Source: a virus (lineage: Duplodnaviria; Caudoviricetes). From it: a DNA stretch of 64,000 nucleotides. The notes below the pieces were generated by a model. It had not been told where the DNA came from and did no database searches. It saw nothing but the letters and a program-made list of their open reading frames with translations. The number at the start of each line of letters is the position of its first letter. Within the stretch, counting starts at the first letter, position 1. Shown here piece by piece: positions 8,379 to 17,970 of this stretch. Position numbers and translations under genes: made by a program. The stretch is from the IMG/VR virus record IMGVR_UViG_3300028549_001457, positions 32,001 to 96,000 of that record; one strand, given 5' to 3'.

Positions 8379-11300
8379 CCGTAAAAAAGCTTACAAAGGT
8401 GTCTGAACACCCTACTCAGATGAGTAGCTGTGATCGTTTATGCTTCACATCTGCTTCTGGTGGCGTCCTATTTTGGGTTGCGTATATTGTTGAAGGGGGT
8501 CATTTAACCCTCTCCAAGTATTCTTTAGATGATCTAGCTAATTCTGCGAATCCAACCCCCCTTGGGACCCATAGAATTTTGTCTAAAGTTGCTCGTTGGG
8601 CAAACCCAACACTCATTAAGTTAAATGACTCTCTGTTATATCTCATATATGAGTCCTCGACAGTCTACACAGCCCCTCGCAATCTATTTTATATTTCAAT
8701 TACGCTGTCTAATGGTATCCCCACGTTTGGGGAGCCTATTCAGATCGCTCAGAATCCAGGGTATTCTTTCCAGTATGACTGGTACTTAGATGCACAAGTT
8801 CATTTGGTGGTTGCCAACTTTTCGGGTGTCACCCATGATTGCCCCACGCTTCAGCATATTATTCTTGAAGGGTCCTCTTCAGATTTAATAACTTTGCCAC
8901 CGTCTACAAGTGTTTGTGGGTTAACATTTGCGTGTGATTCCTCCGGTTTGGCGACTCATATCATCTACGGGGCGGTTCAAAATTACTCGCAAAGCTATAT
9001 TTACCAACATTCGTTTTCGGGGACTTCTTTTGGACCTCAGGAGACGCTCACTAGCTCTACGCTCGAATTGGTTAATGATCTAACTTCCGTATCTATTGCA
9101 GGAACCCCCCTTATAATCTACAGCGCACTAACTTCAGGTAATCAGATAACCCCGCAGTTATATTATATCTTTGGGGGTGTTCACGCACCGCTAAAATTTA
9201 ATAGCGCTGAATCTGCAACTAATTTAAACCTCTTCCATGAGGATTCGTCTGGAAATTGTCTGTTTTATTTTGTAACCCATAATGTCTCTAGCCATCCACG
9301 GTCTTTATTCTATTGTAATGTCTCCTGTGATGGGGCTACTGTAGTTTTTTCTGATATTGAGTATAGACAGCCTTTTAATTCTAAAGTTTTAGGAGTGGCC
9401 TTTGGGGAGCCCATAGACTCAGTCTGGGCCGACCATACTAGGGCTGGAACCCTCCTACTTGACTATGACGCTTCAACCTCTCAGCTATGCTATTTTGATC
9501 CTCTTAAGGAAGGGGTTACTCTTTCAACATACCCCTTACTTGTCTCAGGCCATCCTCGTGGGTCTAGCTTCTTGATATCCTGCACAGAGGTTAACCCAGA
9601 AGGTCTTCATCTAGATTACTCCTGGGTTGTTGTTGAATCTGATGGGTCTCCGTGGTCTTTTGGGGACCCTGGGGTTTCCTTTGGATCTCCAAGTGCAGCA
9701 CAGACTCAAGTCTTCGTTGCCTCGGATGCCCCCGCCAACGTATATATCAAGCTTATCGCAAAAACAGGCTCTCACCAGTTTAGCTCCAATATTGTTACTA
9801 TCTCTATGGAGGCGCACAATCCACCTAGCATATCTGTCTTGGATGCCTCTACCGAGTGGCACACCCCCGTTAACCTAGATATATCTGTAACACACGCTCC
9901 GGATTACCCTGTTTCACTTACTGTTGATGGGTCTGGGATTCCATTTAAAGTGGCTCTTGGCGAGATTACTAGCAGATCCTTGTCACATACAGAAACTGTT
10001 TTTACGGTTCCCCTTACCCCCATACACCCTGATATCAATGGTGAGACTTTAACCTTTGTTGCCACCGCAAAGGAGTCTGTTGCTACTTCCACGATGTCTT
10101 TTCAGTTATCTATAGGGGCGCTACCCATATCCCTTCTAGGCTCAAAAACTCTCGTAAGATCGACCTACAACGGCACCCTCCGAACTGGAAATTATGGCCT
10201 AGGTTACTCCCTTAAAAATGCTACTGCACTGCCTTCGGACTTTACTAATGTGGTGCGATGCGTTCTGCCTTCAGGGGACTTCGCCTGGGCGTTTATGGGT
10301 TCTCATACTGTTCTTTGGGTTCTGGACTGGGACTCGGAGGAACACTGTTACTTAGTTAGTTACAAGGACATTCGTGATGTCGCCATAAACTCCTCAGGGT
10401 ATACAGGGGTTCTTACGGATGACTCTTTTATGGTATTTAACACCCGTGCGGGTATTACGGCTGATGATAGTCCAGATTCGTCTCTCTTCCCGATAAATTT
10501 CACATATCAAGATGTTCCAGACACTACTTATACTCTCGTAGCTCCTGCTTTAAATGCTGGGCTAAGGGTTTTTGCAACGGGAAACCCTCTAGTTTGGGTT
10601 ATAGCAACCTCCACGGCCCTCATATTTATATCAGTGGACCAGATGTCTTCTGAATTAATTGACCTAACCGATTTAGGGTGTGGGGAGGGCTCTCAGTTTA
10701 AGCACGTGGTCCCCCATAAGGTCGGTGGTCTTAGGGAGGGGGGTTTTCTAGTGGTAGTTCAGAACCCCTCTGGGGACGCTACGTGTATGCTTGTAGATTT
10801 GGCTACTAGGTCTACAAGTAAGGTTTGGCAGGGTCCTGAGCTTACTTCAAGTTACCTAACAACGGCAACTTTATTTGATTCTCCAGATCCCATAACCCCC
10901 ACACCTCCAGATCCTCCAGATCCTCCAGATCCTCCAGATCCACCGGACCCCGAAACATTATTTACTCTAGGAATCTGGGGTAATCTGCCCGACCAGTATC
11001 CCGGCTTAATGATTATCGAATTAGCCACACAGACGGGTGACGTAGCTCCACCAGTCACCATTGAATTGTATGTCAATCGTCCCTATAATTATGACAAACC
11101 TGTAACAATTGAACTCCCATTTGAGAATATTGAACAATCTGGAATTTCAATCTTTATTAATAGTCCAATTGCCGAAGAAGCCGGGGAGAATACAGGATAC
11201 TATGTAAACGAAGTTTATCAGGCTCTAGGAGATCCTAAAGCAGTTGTGATTCTAGGTCCAGAGGATTTTTCGATTCGAATGACTTTCAGAGATATTTATT

Positions 11301-11722
11301 CTCCGGATAGCTTTATTACTCATCTAGCTCCTATTTTATCATTTACGGGAATTGCAGGAGATCCGGGCGAAGAGATTGAACAGTCTACCTTTGTAGAGTG
11401 GATAATTCTAGATAATCCGCGTTATCTCTACCAAGGTACGAATCTAGCGGATTTCAAAGTAGTCTCAAATTTTGGTTCAGAACCTATTTGGTCAGTAGAT
11501 TTCAGAGCAGATGGAATTGGTTCTGAAATTGGAGACCCAGAAAACTATGATCAGTGGTTTGTTTTAACTTCCACCGTTGGAGAAGTAGTTACAGCCGATT
11601 ACAATTTTGGAGGTGGTTTAGATGGAACAGTTATCCAACTAACAGCTCAAAAATCCGGTAGTTGGTCGCATCCAGATGTAACTTACTCTTTCCCAATTAA
11701 CTGCGATATCATGTATGGGTAA
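8375..11722 (+). CDS. Large multidomain virion (head fibre/appendage-like) protein with a Pro-Asp linker
   Basis: 1115 aa, beta-rich, PKD/Ig-like segments, (PPD)n linker; ATGA overlap with the upstream gene. Confidence 0.5.
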   Translation: MTVKKLTKVSEHPTQMSSCDRLCFTSASGGVLFWVAYIVEGGHLTLSKYSLDDLANSANPTPLGTHRILSKVARWANPTLIKLNDSLLYLIYESSTVYTAPRNLFYISITLSNGIPTFGEPIQIAQNPGYSFQYDWYLDAQVHLVVANFSGVTHDCPTLQHIILEGSSSDLITLPPSTSVCGLTFACDSSGLATHIIYGAVQNYSQSYIYQHSFSGTSFGPQETLTSSTLELVNDLTSVSIAGTPLIIYSALTSGNQITPQLYYIFGGVHAPLKFNSAESATNLNLFHEDSSGNCLFYFVTHNVSSHPRSLFYCNVSCDGATVVFSDIEYRQPFNSKVLGVAFGEPIDSVWADHTRAGTLLLDYDASTSQLCYFDPLKEGVTLSTYPLLVSGHPRGSSFLISCTEVNPEGLHLDYSWVVVESDGSPWSFGDPGVSFGSPSAAQTQVFVASDAPANVYIKLIAKTGSHQFSSNIVTISMEAHNPPSISVLDASTEWHTPVNLDISVTHAPDYPVSLTVDGSGIPFKVALGEITSRSLSHTETVFTVPLTPIHPDINGETLTFVATAKESVATSTMSFQLSIGALPISLLGSKTLVRSTYNGTLRTGNYGLGYSLKNATALPSDFTNVVRCVLPSGDFAWAFMGSHTVLWVLDWDSEEHCYLVSYKDIRDVAINSSGYTGVLTDDSFMVFNTRAGITADDSPDSSLFPINFTYQDVPDTTYTLVAPALNAGLRVFATGNPLVWVIATSTALIFISVDQMSSELIDLTDLGCGEGSQFKHVVPHKVGGLREGGFLVVVQNPSGDATCMLVDLATRSTSKVWQGPELTSSYLTTATLFDSPDPITPTPPDPPDPPDPPDPPDPETLFTLGIWGNLPDQYPGLMIIELATQTGDVAPPVTIELYVNRPYNYDKPVTIELPFENIEQSGISIFINSPIAEEAGENTGYYVNEVYQALGDPKAVVILGPEDFSIRMTFRDIYSPDSFITHLAPILSFTGIAGDPGEEIEQSTFVEWIILDNPRYLYQGTNLADFKVVSNFGSEPIWSVDFRADGIGSEIGDPENYDQWFVLTSTVGEVVTADYNFGGGLDGTVIQLTAQKSGSWSHPDVTYSFPINCDIMYG
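10904..10951 (+). repeat. 9-bp tandem repeat CCTCCAGAT x4 plus a degenerate copy (PPDPPDPPDPPDP)
   Basis: Directly visible. Confidence 0.9.
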
Positions 11723-11785
11723 TGGGTTTTAAGTAATGCGATCATATCTCTACATAGTTCTTTTAATAGATAGACGGAGATCCTC

Positions 11786-12013
11786 GTGCCTCTTTACTCT
11801 CTAGTTTGCACAACTTGCCACGCTAAGGTTTGTAGGGTGTCTACTCCAACCAAGGAGTTCCCGCCCTGTAAAGTGTGTGGGGGGTCTCTAGAATCCGAGA
11901 TTCCCGTGGAGTCTTTAGTCGAGACCCCTGGGAATATGGGTCGTAAATTAGCCCGTCAGTTTGGGCAAAAGAATAAGCAGTTAACCCATAAACATAACAT
12001 TAGGACCACTTAA
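11786..12013 (+). CDS. FmdB-like zinc-ribbon protein
   Basis: MPLYSLVCTTC...CKVCGG pattern. Confidence 0.65.
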   Translation: MPLYSLVCTTCHAKVCRVSTPTKEFPPCKVCGGSLESEIPVESLVETPGNMGRKLARQFGQKNKQLTHKHNIRTT

Positions 12014-12880
12014 ATGTCGCTAACTTTTACTAGAAACGCTCAAATGGGTCCACAGTCTATGTTTATTACTGTGGTGGTTCCTAATGGGTTGTCGGATAGG
12101 CCCACTGCCGCCGCCGTTCAGAGTGTTTCATATACAGTCTACCAAGGCACCGCTCCTAACTTAACGACCTACTCTGAGTATAACCTAGAGGCCCAGCTAT
12201 CCCCCGATAAGGCAGGAACTTACTACGCCCCTTATACGGTTCCTATGGATGCCCCTTTCGGGCCATACACGCTCACCTGGAAAATCAACCTCGTGAATGG
12301 GGATACACACTTTGTAGATCAGCTTTTTTATATAGAAGATGTTAAGGCTTTTCAGTCTGAAGGGGCTTCCGCCCTTGTTGTGCTTGATGGTGTTACCGTT
12401 AACGCTAGAGTTATGCGCCTCATTAAACATCTGCGTGTTGCCCTACGAGATAACCAACCCGATAGGAACTACCATGCAGTTCCCCCCAGGTCTTCCCGCG
12501 AGGTCCAGGCTTTCAGCAACCGTGTGGGTTTCATCTGGACGGATGAAGAGTTGCTCTCCTACCTGCAGCTATCTCTTTCTGAACTCAATTCAAACAACCC
12601 TAAGACAAGTAGGACATTTCAGTTAACGGATTTCCCCGATTTCTGGTTGGCAGTGGTTGTGGACATCGCCTGTGTTCGAGCTATTATGGCCCTGGCAATT
12701 AACTGGGTTCAAGATGAATTCGGGTATAGTATCTCAGGATTATCCCTTGACCTTTCAAAAGCTGATAAATTAAGTGCCCTTCGATCAGCTATTGAAGGAA
12801 CCCTCAAGGACAAGAAAGATAACGCCACGGCCTGTCGCCCCATCTCACGGGGTGTCGCTCCCGCAAGGTGGAATATCTAA
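12014..12880 (+). CDS. Head-tail adaptor / neck protein
   Basis: N-terminal Ig-like part plus helical connector-like part (LRVALRD..., WTDEELLSYL, DEFGYSISGLSL); position. Confidence 0.55.
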   Translation: MSLTFTRNAQMGPQSMFITVVVPNGLSDRPTAAAVQSVSYTVYQGTAPNLTTYSEYNLEAQLSPDKAGTYYAPYTVPMDAPFGPYTLTWKINLVNGDTHFVDQLFYIEDVKAFQSEGASALVVLDGVTVNARVMRLIKHLRVALRDNQPDRNYHAVPPRSSREVQAFSNRVGFIWTDEELLSYLQLSLSELNSNNPKTSRTFQLTDFPDFWLAVVVDIACVRAIMALAINWVQDEFGYSISGLSLDLSKADKLSALRSAIEGTLKDKKDNATACRPISRGVAPARWNI

Positions 12881-12933
12881 ATTGAAGGCCCTCACAAAAC
12901 TCATCCTGTATCCTCTTTATAGGGGGAGAGTTT

Positions 12934-14203
12934 GTGTGGGATTTGCCTAAAATTCGCCATGAGCTTCTTCTTTTTAAGAAGAAACCTCAGCAGGCTGTTC
13001 TATCTCGGGACTTCCCTGAGTTACACGCGGCTATTTTAGCGATTACCTCGCATTTCCCAGAATGTGTGTCTTTTTCTCATAGGCTCCGACTAATTTTGGC
13101 AGGGGATATTGAGATTCCGGTTTGCCCCTTGTGTGGGGCTTTAACCTCATGGGTGCAGGGGCGCGAATGGTCCACATATTGTTCAAGGGTGTGTTCAATT
13201 AGGGCAAAATATGGAGTTGATAACTACTCTCAAGTTCCGGCTTTTAAGGAAAAACGAATTAAAACCAATCTATCCCGGTATGGCGTAAGCAATATATCGC
13301 AATTAAGGGTTACCCAAGACAAAATCAGACAAACATCTCTAAACACATTTGGGGTGCCACACCACCTTATGGCCTTTCAGTAAGATAATTAGCCTGGACT
13401 CTTCACTTCAGACGTCCGAACATTCAAGGATGCACCTAGATATGTATATACCTTCTCGGAGACTAGCTTTTGAGTATAATGGCCTTTACTGGCATTCTTC
13501 TCTTCAAGAGTGTATGTATCCTGGGTATCACCTTGATAAGACGCTTGAGGCCGAGCGCCTAGGGATTCGCCTAGTCCATATTTGGTCAGACGATTGGATC
13601 CTTAAACCAGAGATCATGCAGGCTAAAATAAGGTCACTCTTAAATATAAAACCCCCCTCCACGGTGTATGCTAGAAATTGTGCTGTAATGGTTCCGACTG
13701 CATTGCAGAAACAGGAGTTCTATCAGAAGAATCATATCAAAGGGGATGGCGCTGGGAGGGTCTCATATGCGCTTCAAGCCTCTGACATGTCTATTGTAGC
13801 CATGGCTACGTTTAAGGTTCTCGGTGAAGGTGTCTTTGATTTAAATCGTTTTGCGGTGGACATTTCAACACACGTACCTGGGGCCTTTAGTAAGCTTTTA
13901 GCTCATTTTAAACGAAATAACGACTGGACCTCCATAACAACCTATGCAGACAGGTCCTGGTCGCAAGGAAATGTCTACAAAGTTTCAGGCTTTACCTTGG
14001 CTCACACTACTCCTCCAGCATTCCATGGTCTTGAGTATGGGTTTTCCCAACGTGTATCTCGTAGGGCCTACACTCATGCACGACTAGCCAGCAGGTTTCC
14101 CCAGTCATATGACCCCACAAAAACGCAGCTAGAGAATATGGATTTGGCAGGGGTCCCCGTGATATATGATTGTGGCAATTATGCTTTCACTTTAAGTAGG
14201 TAG
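12934..14203 (+). pseudogene. Hef-like endonuclease gene (Zn finger, YGVxN repeats, PD-(D/E)xK-like domain, Mom-like GNAT domain) split into ORFs 12934..13383 and 13349..14203
   Basis: CPLCG...YCSRVC, KYGVDNYSQ, RYGVSNISQ in ORF1; LDMYIP..LAFEYNGLYWHS, NHIKG, LNRFA, TYADRSWS, IYDCG in ORF2; frames differ by +1 at about 13380. Confidence 0.7.
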
Positions 14204-14210
14204 GTATTCT

Positions 14211-15545
14211 TTGGATATATTCACTCCAAATCCTTTAAGTCTACAGCTCATTCCCGCATGGGATAGCCAAGCTGTAGATTTAGTTTGGAAGGTTAGTAAA
14301 GATCCACTAGTAGTGGGCTATCATGTTTGGAGAGCGCAAAATGCGCCTTCCAACTTCGTAAAAATTACAGATATCCCCCTTCAGACACCTTTCTTTAGGG
14401 ATGTTACCAGGATTCTCCCTGCAACGGATGTTCCCACCCAATGGGTGAGCCCACCCAATTCAGGCAATGGCGTTATAGCTGTTCGTGCCAGCAAAGTCCC
14501 TTTAGTGCGCCCCTCATTGGATTCTGCCAATAAACCTATGCTAGCCTCGGCAATGGACGTCCGTGTGTTTGAGGCAGGTTCCCCAGGTTCCCCCTATCAG
14601 ATTGAGAGAGTCGATCCTCATTCAGGTTTAATTATGTTTGGCAGTCGCTCGATACTCAATGAGTCCTGCGATTTTAGAGAGGCGGTTCCCACCCCTGTAA
14701 GCCTAGGAGAGCTAACCATTAATTACTTTTACGTAGATAGGTTCACTGACTCAATGTTTGGGCGTGATCTTTACTACAAAGTGGTCGAGGTTTTTGCAGA
14801 TGGGTCCGAGGGAGATCTGAGCGCCTACCCTCCGATATCCAATTTAAGCCTCGATCCAGGCGATATTTTCTGGCGTGAGGCTATGCGTAGAAATCGTTTT
14901 ATCTTTGAACAGGTTGGTGAGCCTGCATACGTGCTTCTGCGAAAATCAACTGGAAAGTTATGCTCTTGCGTGGATACGGACACCTTGAAACCCCGAACTA
15001 CATGTATGGCTTGTTGGGGGGTTGGGTATGAAGGTGGGTATGACGGGCCGTATCCCATTACGTTTACTCCTCCAAATGCAGCATCCCATACCAAACAAGG
15101 GCCAGATGGTCGATTTAAGACACGGTCTGCCCAGTCTTTTATTGGACCCTCTCCCATATTATCTTCTGGCGACCTCCTGTTTAGATTTACGGGGGAGCGG
15201 CTAGTCGTTCTAGATGTGGAACGAACTTCCGTTAGGGGTACCACCCTCCAGCAAACTTACACAGCGGATTTAATTAATCCCGCTGATTTTAGGAATAAAA
15301 TTCAAATAACTAATAAAAACTACCCAATTATTGCTATAAGTACGGATAGACCGGCCCCTAGAAATACGGATAACTCATTCGAAGACCCCATTCCCGCGAA
15401 TATTTCTTTACTTGAGGGTGTTTCTTCTATAGAAGTCTCTGATCCAGCGCTCGATTCTACACAAATTGAAAATCAAATACCTGGGAATCTTAGAGAGAAT
15501 ACCCTTCCTTCCGTGTCCCCCGTGTTTGAAAATTGGTCTTTTTGA
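14211..15545 (+). CDS. Head closure / neck protein with an FN3-like N-terminus and a Cys motif
   Basis: VDLVWK..DPLVVGYHVWR (FN3-like); LCSC...CMACWGVGYEGGY; position. Confidence 0.55.
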   Translation: MDIFTPNPLSLQLIPAWDSQAVDLVWKVSKDPLVVGYHVWRAQNAPSNFVKITDIPLQTPFFRDVTRILPATDVPTQWVSPPNSGNGVIAVRASKVPLVRPSLDSANKPMLASAMDVRVFEAGSPGSPYQIERVDPHSGLIMFGSRSILNESCDFREAVPTPVSLGELTINYFYVDRFTDSMFGRDLYYKVVEVFADGSEGDLSAYPPISNLSLDPGDIFWREAMRRNRFIFEQVGEPAYVLLRKSTGKLCSCVDTDTLKPRTTCMACWGVGYEGGYDGPYPITFTPPNAASHTKQGPDGRFKTRSAQSFIGPSPILSSGDLLFRFTGERLVVLDVERTSVRGTTLQQTYTADLINPADFRNKIQITNKNYPIIAISTDRPAPRNTDNSFEDPIPANISLLEGVSSIEVSDPALDSTQIENQIPGNLRENTLPSVSPVFENWSF

Positions 15546-15552
15546 GGTTCCC

Positions 15553-16638
15553 ATGACTTACTTTGACGAAGATGCTCTTTATGAAGCTCGTCAGACAGCT
15601 TATGATTGGCACGGGGGGCAGTGGTCCCCCTTGTATTCATTTGCCTCTAGTGGCACAATCACATCCAAGGGCTCTCTCTTAGGTGAGATTGATAGTTGTA
15701 TTGCTTCGGCTACAATGCGTCCAGAACACTTTGATTCTAACGAACTCATAAAATTGCAGGAGTTACGGGCTTTTGTTGAATCGTCCCCCGAGACAGATGA
15801 GGATTCAGATGAGAGCGCCCCATCAAAGTCTGTTACAGGGTCCCTTCATGATGCTGAGGTTTCTGTTCCAGTAGTTTCAAAAGCTCTCACCATTTTAAGT
15901 GATGAAGTTCTCCCAGCGCTGCAGACAAATCCTACTTTTAGTAAGTATATGCCAAGGCTTACTACTCTTAAAAATAGACTCGCGCTGGCGTTATCTGTTG
16001 TTTCTGAAAACGAGGACGTTTTCACCCCCGAGGAGCAACGTTCTTTTGAGCCACTTGTAGAGGCTGTTCTAATATTAAGGCAGGCCCTCCGAGCCAAACA
16101 AAAACCCACTTCGCCCATGGTGGAGGATGTCATTCATGGCTTTCATGACGTCTACGTGGCTGCTGTCCGTCGATTACAGGCTTCCTTACCCACCCCCGAG
16201 CGATTTAGAACGGCTTCTAAAAAGGTTTCTATGAATCAGGAAGATTTCATCCAAGATACTCCCAAGATCCTGGGTACGCCAGGGAAGGACCCAGACACTA
16301 CTAATTTCTTTGATGATCGTGAACTCTTTAGAAAATTTTATTCTCAATTTTATGAGGGAGCTGTCCTGATTGCCGATGACGGGACCTATTATCAAGTGCT
16401 AGAGCTAGTGACTACTTCGGGTAACTTTGTTGCAATGATGCAGGATGTTCTTCACCCTCAAATTGTATTTACCATTAGCGTTAATGATCTAGTCGCCCAC
16501 ACCTGGAAGTGGGTATCTCCTTTTGATGTGGTGGTTAACCCAGATCTAGCTCCCAGTCAGGTTTCTTCTATTGCTGATCTTGTGTCCGTAGGCGATCTTG
16601 AGAAACCAGAAATTCCAGAACGCTGGCTATCCTATTAG
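15553..16638 (+). CDS. Modular hypothetical protein, possibly internal head
   Basis: Likely start ATG 15553 with GAGG RBS (track ORF starts at 15466); DWHGGQWSPLYSFASSG module; RTASKK linker. Confidence 0.6.
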   Translation: MTYFDEDALYEARQTAYDWHGGQWSPLYSFASSGTITSKGSLLGEIDSCIASATMRPEHFDSNELIKLQELRAFVESSPETDEDSDESAPSKSVTGSLHDAEVSVPVVSKALTILSDEVLPALQTNPTFSKYMPRLTTLKNRLALALSVVSENEDVFTPEEQRSFEPLVEAVLILRQALRAKQKPTSPMVEDVIHGFHDVYVAAVRRLQASLPTPERFRTASKKVSMNQEDFIQDTPKILGTPGKDPDTTNFFDDRELFRKFYSQFYEGAVLIADDGTYYQVLELVTTSGNFVAMMQDVLHPQIVFTISVNDLVAHTWKWVSPFDVVVNPDLAPSQVSSIADLVSVGDLEKPEIPERWLSY

Positions 16639-16653
16639 TATTTATTTAACAAT

Positions 16654-16692
16654 GAAAAGTGGCTCTCTTTTAAAGGGGGCCACTTTTATTTT
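16654..16692 (+). terminator. Terminator AAAAGTGGC...GCCACTTTT
   Basis: Inverted repeat with T-tail after the 16638 stop. Confidence 0.7.
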
Positions 16693-16758
16693 TGTATCTA
16701 TTTAAGGGTTCTTTAATGGTATATCCCAGAAGTTGTTCCGTTTTTTGTTTTTGATAGT

Positions 16759-17856
16759 ATGTCCAACCTATTCATCCTTGACTCTTCGACTATGCCCGTA
16801 GCATTGTTGGGGGGCTTACAGAAGGGAATCAATATGTCTTCAAATTTTAAACAGGGTCGCGGCCTAGATGTAGGGACTGGGCTTATTATTGCTGCTTCTG
16901 GCAACCCTCAGGGGATCGCCTACCGCGAGTTTAGAAATGCCTATGTAGCCATTCCCGACGAGAATAGGGCGATGCTTGAATTGACAGGGACCCCCTTTAT
17001 TGAAGTTGGGGATCAGGTTTTTGCTGTAGGGGATGATGCAGTTGATTTGGCTTTCAATACCCACGCTGAAATCCATCGACCCATGGCCAAGGGGCTAATT
17101 CACCCTAGCGATATAAAAGCCAAGCCTGTGCTAACAGCTATCTTCGACGCACTTCTTGGAGCCCCCGTTAAATCTGGAGAACCTGTATTCTTCTCAACTC
17201 CAGCAGATCCTGAGGGGTCCTCTGGGGCTAATATTTATCACTCTAAATTAATTAGTGAGATTCTTCTGAATATGGGTTTTGACCCCAAGCCTGTTATTGA
17301 GGGGGTGGCTGTTTGTTATGCAGAAGGCCGAGAGGATAAGTTTACTGCGCTAACTATCAGTTGGGGGGCAGGCATGTGCAACGTTGCCCTTTGCTACAAA
17401 TCCCTCCCCGTCTTTACACTTTCTGTTGCTCAAGGTGGTGACTGGATTGATGCTCAGTCTGCCAAAGCTTCTGGAGTTCCCACTCAGGATATCACTGTTT
17501 TGAAAGAACAGGGTGTCATAGATGTTTCAACAGGCCTGTGCTTGAGTGATCTAACAGATCAACAGAAACGGGAAGCTGAGGCAATCAGTACCCACTATGA
17601 ACATCTCGTAAGAACCGTAATTCAGACCATTAAGGTTTTTATTGAGTCTAATCCCACACGCCGTGTTAATATCCCTGAAGTTCCTATTATTCTTTCTGGT
17701 GGGACCGCCAAAGCTGTGAACTTTCAAAAGTTGTTCGAGCGTGTTTGGGCAGAATGTAATATGCCTTTAAATGCAAAGTCCTTTAGACTGGCTGAGCCCG
17801 TTCAACATGCTGTTGCAAAGGGACTCTTTCTATATAGCCAGTTGCAGAAACGATAA
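16759..17856 (+). CDS. Actin-fold ATPase (Mad28/MamK/ParM-like)
   Basis: Phosphate-1 GLDVGT, connect-1 IEGVAV, phosphate-2-like ISWGAGMCNV, GGDWID, adenosine motif ILSGGTA, connect-2 AVAKG; start may be ATG 16834. Confidence 0.8.
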   Translation: MSNLFILDSSTMPVALLGGLQKGINMSSNFKQGRGLDVGTGLIIAASGNPQGIAYREFRNAYVAIPDENRAMLELTGTPFIEVGDQVFAVGDDAVDLAFNTHAEIHRPMAKGLIHPSDIKAKPVLTAIFDALLGAPVKSGEPVFFSTPADPEGSSGANIYHSKLISEILLNMGFDPKPVIEGVAVCYAEGREDKFTALTISWGAGMCNVALCYKSLPVFTLSVAQGGDWIDAQSAKASGVPTQDITVLKEQGVIDVSTGLCLSDLTDQQKREAEAISTHYEHLVRTVIQTIKVFIESNPTRRVNIPEVPIILSGGTAKAVNFQKLFERVWAECNMPLNAKSFRLAEPVQHAVAKGLFLYSQLQKR

Positions 17857-17871
17857 CCAATTTGATTATCT

Positions 17872-17908
17872 AGAAAAAGCACCCCTTTTTACAGGGGTGC
17901 TTTTTTCT
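17872..17908 (+). terminator. Bidirectional-type terminator AAAAAGCACCCCT...AGGGGTGCTTTTT
   Basis: 13-bp inverted repeat after the actin-like gene. Confidence 0.85.
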
Positions 17909-17970
17909 GTAGTCCCTGCAACCCACGTAGCCCCACCTACGGTAGAAAACCCTTTATGTAGGAGTCCTTC

